A stretch of 64,000 nucleotides of DNA, from NCBI GenBank assembly GCA_964572225.1, contig CAZNFR010000002.1, positions 2,924 through 66,923 of the forward strand, written 5' to 3'. Below, piece after piece: positions 58,621-64,000 of the stretch (position 1 is its first letter; each line of letters starts with the position of its first letter). The notes beneath the pieces are model-generated. The model saw only the letters and a program-made list of their open reading frames with translations, did not search any database and was not told the origin of the DNA. The position numbers and the translations under genes were made by a program. The DNA is from an uncultured Bacteroidaceae bacterium (GTDB taxonomy: Bacteria; Bacteroidota; Bacteroidia; Bacteroidales; GCA-2748055).

Positions 58621-59343
58621 TCAGGTATTTAGGTATTCCTTTATTTCCTTTTCACTAATTTTTGACTCGTAAATGGCTTTCCCGACAATGGTCGCGAAAA
58701 GTCCTGCCCTTCTTAATTCGAGAATATCCTTCAGGCTGCTGACCCCTCCGCTGGCAATAAGTTTAATCTCCGGCAATCCTTTCAATATTTCAGCATAGGT
58801 TAAGGTAGAAGGTCCCTGCAGCATTCCATCCCGGGATATGTCTGTGGATATCACATAAATAATCCCTTTATCGTGATAGTCTGAAATAAACTTCATGAGT
58901 GGAACCTGGCTGGCCTCGGTCCAGCCATCGGTTGCGATCATGCCATTCCGGTGATCAGCCCCCAGGATAATACGGCTGTTGCCATACTTTTTCAACCAGG
59001 AGAGAAAGCGATCCGGATCCTTTATCGCGATGCTTCCGCCTGTCACCATGGAGGCACCCGATTCAAAAGCAATTCGAATATCCTCATCGGTTTTCACCCC
59101 TCCTCCAAAATCAATGATCAGGGAGGTTTGGGATGCGATTTTTTCAAGGACATCCCTGTTCACGATGTGGCTGGCTTTGGCCCCGTCCAGATCCACCAGA
59201 TGCAAATGCTTCAATCCCCAATCCTCAAACATTTTCGCCATTTCCAGCGGATCGTCTGCATATACGGTTTTTCGGTTGTAATCGCCTTTTGAGAGCCTTA
59301 CACACTTCCCGTTAATTATATCGATGGCAGGTATAAGGATCAT
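58621..59343 (-). CDS. hisA: ProFAR isomerase
   Basis: [25 protein letters not shown] and IASGGVSS. Confidence 0.93.
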   Translation of the reverse strand: MILIPAIDIINGKCVRLSKGDYNRKTVYADDPLEMAKMFEDWGLKHLHLVDLDGAKASHIVNRDVLEKIASQTSLIIDFGGGVKTDEDIRIAFESGASMVTGGSIAIKDPDRFLSWLKKYGNSRIILGADHRNGMIATDGWTEASQVPLMKFISDYHDKGIIYVISTDISRDGMLQGPSTLTYAEILKGLPEIKLIASGGVSSLKDILELRRAGLFATIVGKAIYESKISEKEIKEYLNT

Positions 59344-59924
59344 TTCAGGTTTATAAAGTTTTGCAGAATAATGTGTCCGGGATCTCCGCTTTTTTCGGGG
59401 TGAAACTGGGTGGCAAAATAATTGTCTTTTTGAAGAGAGGCACTAAATTCATTGTTATACCTGCAGGTTGCCACAGTATACTCAGAGAGCTCGGCAAAAT
59501 AACTATGGACAAAATACACGTAAGGTTCGGGGGCCAGACCTGTAAAGAGCGGTCCCTTCATATTTTCGAGTGAGTTCCATCCCATATGGGGTATTTTTCC
59601 TCCCGGACTGAATTTTTTAACTGCAATGTCAAAAATATTCAGACAAGGGGTATCCCCTTCTTCCGAGTGTTTGCACATAAGCTGTAATCCAAGGCAAATG
59701 CCCAACACCGGGGAGGTCAGTTCTTTCAGTAGTGAATCAATTCCGGCTTTCTTAAGGTAATTCATGGTCGTTTCTGCTTCCCCTACCCCGGGAAAAATAA
59801 CACGATCGGCCGAGCGGATATATTGGAAATCGTCGGTAACCTCCGACTTATATCCCAGTCTTGATAAAGCAAAGCTGACTGACCGTATATTCCCTGCATT
59901 GTACTTTATGATGGCAATTTTCAA
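59340..59924 (-). CDS. hisH: imidazole glycerol phosphate synthase glutamine amidotransferase subunit
   Basis: (M)KIAIIKYNAGNIRSV, GICLGLQL (catalytic Cys) and FHPEKSG. The start is placed at an in-frame TTG that gives the usual N-terminus. The track start at 59960 is also TTG, so the true start is uncertain. Confidence 0.88.
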   Translation of the reverse strand: MKIAIIKYNAGNIRSVSFALSRLGYKSEVTDDFQYIRSADRVIFPGVGEAETTMNYLKKAGIDSLLKELTSPVLGICLGLQLMCKHSEEGDTPCLNIFDIAVKKFSPGGKIPHMGWNSLENMKGPLFTGLAPEPYVYFVHSYFAELSEYTVATCRYNNEFSASLQKDNYFATQFHPEKSGDPGHIILQNFINLK

Positions 59925-60008
59925 AACGAATTGATTTTCAGTTAGTTTATTAAAGCCCAAAGGGGCAGATTTTTATCTTTTTTTGTTATACTTTCCTGAT
60001 TTTCCACG

Positions 60009-61133
60009 CTAAATCGTTCCTTTTGTACTGGGGACAGTATTGCTGTTCGGATCCAGTCTTATGGCCATTTTCAAGGCCCGGGAGAAGGCTTTGAATATCC
60101 CTTCGATCTTATGATGTTCGTTATCCCCTTTGACACTTATGTTCAGATTGCACCGGGCTGAATCGGTAAAGGATTTGAAGAAATGGAAGAACATCTCAGT
60201 GGGCATATCCCCAATTTTTTCCCTTTTAAAATAAGCATCCCAGACGATCCAGTTTCTACCTCCGAAATCGATGGCTACTTGTGCCAGACTTTCGTCCATG
60301 GGGAGGAGAAAACCATATCTTTCAATTCCCTTTTTTGTCCCCAGAGCCTTGAGAAAAGCCTCACCCAGCGCAAGACCTGTATCCTCGATAGTGTGATGCT
60401 CATCGACTTCGAGGTCTCCTTTCACTTTTATTTCAAGATCGACCCCGGAATGTTTGGGGATCTGTTCCAGCATATGATCGAAAAATGCAAGTCCGGTGCT
60501 GATATCTGCTTTCCCTGAACCTTGGAGATTCAGGGAAATATAAATGGAAGTCTCACTGGTTTCCCTGTGTACCACTGCTTTTCTTCCCCGGGTTGAAAGG
60601 TGCTCCCTGATCTGGTCCCAGGAGTGGGTAATCAGCTCACAAGCCTGGTGATAGTCCTCCTTATTAAGAGCTTCCTGTTTGCTCTCATCGCCTATCAGAA
60701 TTGCTCTACATCCCAGATTCCTGGCAAGTTCAACATCGGTAAACCGGTCCCCGATCACATAAGAATTTTCCAAATCGTATCCCCCATTCATGTATTTCTC
60801 CAGGAGGGCTGTTCCCGGTTTTCTTGTCGGAGCGTTTTGTTCAGGAAGAGTTTCATCAATGATTACCTCCTCAAATTCAATTCCTTCATTGCGAAAAGCC
60901 TGAATGAATTTTTCCTGAACTTTTTCATAATGTTCCCGTGGATAAGAAGGCGTTCCCAGTCCGTCCTGGTTACTTACGATCACCAGTATAAAATCCAGGT
61001 TATGATGAATCTGATACAAATTTCTGAAAACTGCCGGATAGAACTCAAGCTTCTCAAGGGAATCGACCTGAAAATCTTCAGGAGGTTCGATGATGAGCGT
61101 GCCATCCCTGTCCAGGAATAAAACTTTTTTCAT
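60009..61133 (-). CDS. hisB: bifunctional histidinol-phosphatase / imidazoleglycerol-phosphate dehydratase
   Basis: HAD motif FLDRDGT at the N-terminus and IGPD motifs ([24 protein letters not shown]) at the C-terminus. Confidence 0.93.
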   Translation of the reverse strand: MKKVLFLDRDGTLIIEPPEDFQVDSLEKLEFYPAVFRNLYQIHHNLDFILVIVSNQDGLGTPSYPREHYEKVQEKFIQAFRNEGIEFEEVIIDETLPEQNAPTRKPGTALLEKYMNGGYDLENSYVIGDRFTDVELARNLGCRAILIGDESKQEALNKEDYHQACELITHSWDQIREHLSTRGRKAVVHRETSETSIYISLNLQGSGKADISTGLAFFDHMLEQIPKHSGVDLEIKVKGDLEVDEHHTIEDTGLALGEAFLKALGTKKGIERYGFLLPMDESLAQVAIDFGGRNWIVWDAYFKREKIGDMPTEMFFHFFKSFTDSARCNLNISVKGDNEHHKIEGIFKAFSRALKMAIRLDPNSNTVPSTKGTI

Positions 61134-62173
61134 GATCCCGTATATTTTTGCAATAGATTAACGAGACCTTCATTTTCTTCCCGGGTACCTATGGTGATCC
61201 TAAGGCATCCCTCACAAAGAGGCATGGAGGACCGGTCTCTTACGATATAGTACCTGTCTTTCAAATAATTATACAGTTCCCTTGCCCCTTTAACCTTAAC
61301 CAAAAGAAAATTGGCATCGGAAGGGTATATTTTTTCAACATAGCTTAAGCCGGAGAGACTGGATCTCAGCAGATCCCTCTGCTTTAAAATTTCCTGAATG
61401 AAGCTGTCCTTTTCCCTTGTGTTATTAAAGGCTTTCATCGCATAATCCTGAGTAAGCGAATTCAGGTTATAGGGATATTTAATCCTGCCCAGGTATGAGA
61501 TGATGGAGGCGGAACCCAGGGCCATTCCGAGGCGTATCCCTGCCAGGCCCCATGATTTGGAGAGAGTTCTAAGAAGGACGAGGTTGGGGTAATCGGCCAG
61601 TTCTCTGATAAGACCTTCTGAACCGGAAAATTCGATATAGGCTTCGTCAACCACCAGAAGACCCATGAAATTTTCAGCAATTTTGAGGATGGCAGGGGTT
61701 TCCAATAGATTGGAAGTTGGATTATTAGGGGAGCACAGAAAAATGAGGCGTGTCCTGGGATCACATTTCTCCAGGATGGCATCCGGATTAAGGCTAAAAT
61801 CTTTATTTAGTAGTACTTTCACCAGTTCCACATCGTTGGTCTCGGCTGCTACCTGATACATTCCATAACTGGGTTCGATTGCCACGATACGGCTATTTCC
61901 CGGTTCACAGCTTATGCGGATTAGCAGATCGATTGCCTCATCACTACCATTGCCCAGAAATATATTCCCTGCTGAAACACCGAGTTGTGCACCGATCTTC
62001 TCCTTCAACATTCTTTGGCGGGGATCGGGATAACGATTGTAGGGTGGATTAAACGGGTTCTCATTTGCATCCAGCAATACTGCATCTTCCCCATCGTACT
62101 CATCCCTGGCCGAAGAATAAGGACTCATCTTCCGGATATTGGGGCGGATTATCTCTTCCAGGTTAAATTTCAT
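61130..62173 (-). CDS. hisC: histidinol-phosphate aminotransferase
   Basis: LDANENP, SPNNPT, VVDEAY, and the PLP lysine in [10 protein letters not shown]. Overlaps hisB by 4 nt. Confidence 0.93.
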   Translation of the reverse strand: MKFNLEEIIRPNIRKMSPYSSARDEYDGEDAVLLDANENPFNPPYNRYPDPRQRMLKEKIGAQLGVSAGNIFLGNGSDEAIDLLIRISCEPGNSRIVAIEPSYGMYQVAAETNDVELVKVLLNKDFSLNPDAILEKCDPRTRLIFLCSPNNPTSNLLETPAILKIAENFMGLLVVDEAYIEFSGSEGLIRELADYPNLVLLRTLSKSWGLAGIRLGMALGSASIISYLGRIKYPYNLNSLTQDYAMKAFNNTREKDSFIQEILKQRDLLRSSLSGLSYVEKIYPSDANFLLVKVKGARELYNYLKDRYYIVRDRSSMPLCEGCLRITIGTREENEGLVNLLQKYTGS

Positions 62174-62238
62174 ATTAGAAATTTGGTTTGTTTACAAAGA
62201 TGTATTGAATTGCTTACTTGATTAAAAATACAGGAGCT

Positions 62239-63534
62239 TCATTTTTTGTAATTGTTGGCTGTATTCATTCGGATACTGATTGCCCTTCCATGTGCTTTAA
62301 GTTCCTCGGCATCTGCAAGTTGTTCAACTGCTGGACCTATATTAAACAAGCCATATTTTGTAATTTCCTGAAAGGTAACCTTTTTCATAAAGCTGGCAAG
62401 ATTAACGCCGCTGTATGCCCGGGCATTTCCATTCGTGGGTAGGGTATGATTGGTCCCTGAAGCATAGTCACCTGCACTTTCGGGAGTATATTCTCCCAGA
62501 AATACCGATCCAGCATTGATTACTTTTTCACCTAATTCTTTGTAATTCAATGTATTAATAATAAGATGCTCTGGTGCATACAGATTAATGAGATTCATAA
62601 TCTGGTCATCATCTTTCATTAGGATGATTCGGGAGTTGTCGAGGGCTTTTTTGGCTATTTCCTTTCGCGGCAGATCCTCGAGTTGTTTTTCCAGTTCTGT
62701 CTCTACTTTCGCTATCAGACTCTCACTTTTGGTTACCAGCATCACCTGGCTGTCGGGCCCGTGTTCGGCTTGTGAAAGCAGGTCTGAGGCAATAAAGGCC
62801 GGATTACTGGATTCGTCGGCAACTACCGCAACCTCAGAAGGTCCTGCAGGCATGTCGATCGCAATATTTTCAAGGCTCACAAGCATTTTCGCCGCAGTTA
62901 CGTATTGATTTCCAGGGCCAAAGATTTTGTAGACTGAAGGGACGGTTTTTGTGCCATAGGCCATGGCAGCGATGGCCTGGGCACCCCCAATTTTGTACAC
63001 CTTATTGATTCCCAGGATATTGGATATGTAAAGTATGGCCGGGTCGATCTTACCCTGTTGGCCCGGAGGGGTACACACGATGATATCTGAACAACCGGCA
63101 ATGTTCGCTGGCACAGCGAGCATTAGCAGGGTTGATAGCAGTGGGGCTGATCCACCGGGGATATAGAGGCCCACTTTTTCAATGGCAATGGTTTTTTGCC
63201 AGACCCGAACACCCGGTGTGGTTTCCGTATTCACAAACCGGTTTACCTGCATGGAGTGGAAATGCTCTATATTTCTGCGAGCCAGTTCGATGGCTTTTTT
63301 GAGTTCTTCATTTACCTCATATTTGGAATAGGTAAGTTCCACCTCTGAAACGGCAATCTCATTCAGGGTTACTTTGTCGAATTGCTTTGTATAAGCTTGT
63401 ATTGCGCTATCACCATTCTTCTTTACATCCGCCAGGATTTCCTTCACAGTTCCCATCAGGGAGTCGAAGTTGAAAACCGGACGCTCCAGAATGGATTTCC
63501 AGTTCTCCTCAGAAGGGTATTTAATTATGTTCAT
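62239..63534 (-). CDS. hisD: histidinol dehydrogenase
   Basis: YIPGGSAPL, GPGNQYV, SQAEHGPDSQ and GDYASGTNHTLPT. Confidence 0.95.
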   Translation of the reverse strand: MNIIKYPSEENWKSILERPVFNFDSLMGTVKEILADVKKNGDSAIQAYTKQFDKVTLNEIAVSEVELTYSKYEVNEELKKAIELARRNIEHFHSMQVNRFVNTETTPGVRVWQKTIAIEKVGLYIPGGSAPLLSTLLMLAVPANIAGCSDIIVCTPPGQQGKIDPAILYISNILGINKVYKIGGAQAIAAMAYGTKTVPSVYKIFGPGNQYVTAAKMLVSLENIAIDMPAGPSEVAVVADESSNPAFIASDLLSQAEHGPDSQVMLVTKSESLIAKVETELEKQLEDLPRKEIAKKALDNSRIILMKDDDQIMNLINLYAPEHLIINTLNYKELGEKVINAGSVFLGEYTPESAGDYASGTNHTLPTNGNARAYSGVNLASFMKKVTFQEITKYGLFNIGPAVEQLADAEELKAHGRAISIRMNTANNYKK

Positions 63535-63560
63535 TTGGGTAATTTTTCGTTTTGGGGGAT

Positions 63561-64000
63561 TCAGACAATCATTTTTTCAATGGGGATCACCAGGATGCCC
63601 TGGGCACCCAGCTCGCGAAGCCGGTCGATTACCTCCCAGAACTGGTTTTCTTTTAAAACAGAGTGTACGGAGCTCCATCCCTCTTCGGCAAGGGGCATTA
63701 CCGTAGGAGATTTCATGCCCGGCAAAACTTCGATAATTTCCGGAAGTCGGTTGTTCGGGGCATTCAAAAGGATGTATTTATTGCTAACTGCTGAAAGGAC
63801 GGCGTTAATACGGAAAAGCAATTTGTCGAGGATGACCCTTTTTGATGCGGGGAGATCCGGATTCGAGATCAACACTGCCTCGGAATTGACCACGGTTTCA
63901 ACCTCTTTTAAGCCATTGCTTATGAGGGTTGAACCTGTGCTGACGATGTCAAAAATCGCATCGGCAAGTCCGATCCCCGGCGCAATTTCCACGGATCCGC
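63561..64000 (-). CDS. hisG: ATP phosphoribosyltransferase (long form), C-terminal part; the 5' end is beyond the right edge
   Basis: ..[25 protein letters not shown].., then a HisG_C regulatory domain. The reading frame stays open to position 64000, and the track's 'M' is an internal GTG. Confidence 0.9.
   Translation of the reverse strand, partial: GSVEIAPGIGLADAIFDIVSTGSTLISNGLKEVETVVNSEAVLISNPDLPASKRVILDKLLFRINAVLSAVSNKYILLNAPNNRLPEIIEVLPGMKSPTVMPLAEEGWSSVHSVLKENQFWEVIDRLRELGAQGILVIPIEKMIV

Noticed and set aside
59925-59960. Longer hisH start (TTG at 59960) given by the track.
   Set aside because: The extension (MGFNKLTENQFV) is not HisH-like. An in-frame TTG at 59924 gives the canonical (M)KIAIIKYNAGN N-terminus. 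The true start remains uncertain without experimental data.
1-64000. A window-wide look for CRISPR arrays, IS elements or transposases, integrases, phage genes, toxin-antitoxin pairs, restriction-modification or other defence modules, and biosynthetic gene clusters.
   Set aside because: I saw no regularly spaced direct repeats, no terminal inverted repeats bracketing an ORF, and no ORF with transposase, recombinase, nuclease-ATPase defence or PKS/NRPS signatures. The window looks like core chromosome.

Overview
This is a gene-dense chromosomal segment (about 60 genes) from a Bacteroidota genome. The evidence for that phylum is a SusC-type receptor at the left edge, TTTG-N19-TAnnTTTG promoter boxes, many CarboxypepD_reg-like and lipoprotein ORFs, and a Lacal_2735-type mini-protein. 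The butyrate kinase, phosphotransbutyrylase and indolepyruvate:ferredoxin oxidoreductase genes suggest an anaerobic or facultative amino-acid-fermenting lifestyle.

The content is mostly core metabolism:
- ilvD, pyrD, pcm, arfB, slyD and rocD.
- A tight pta-hbd-ackA-ptb-buk operon.
- iorAB.
- A contiguous his operon on the minus strand (hisG-D-C-B-H-A-F-IE) that runs off the right edge.
- One tRNA-Lys(UUU) with a textbook promoter and terminator.

I found no transposase, integrase, CRISPR array, toxin-antitoxin pair or recognisable defence gene, so I do not see a clear-cut novel system. The loci I consider most worth a second look are:
1. A secreted two-gene module: a GH78-like hydrolase plus an 822-aa lipoprotein of unrecognised family with an internal module duplication.
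2. A YdiJ-like FAD/Fe-S dehydrogenase and a DUF1338/HglS-like enzyme bracketing a soluble PAS histidine kinase.
3. A PiT/PhoU-like phosphate transporter flanked by two paralogous orphan OmpR-type response regulators.
4. An unusually long (about 800 bp) AT-rich non-coding region between an XRE-HTH/pyrD unit and a DAACS symporter. Its canonical promoter abuts the start codon.
5. A decayed histidine-kinase ATPase-domain relic between two convergent genes.

Coordinates of non-CDS features were read by eye and may be off by 1-2 nt. Several CDS starts were trimmed relative to the ORF track.
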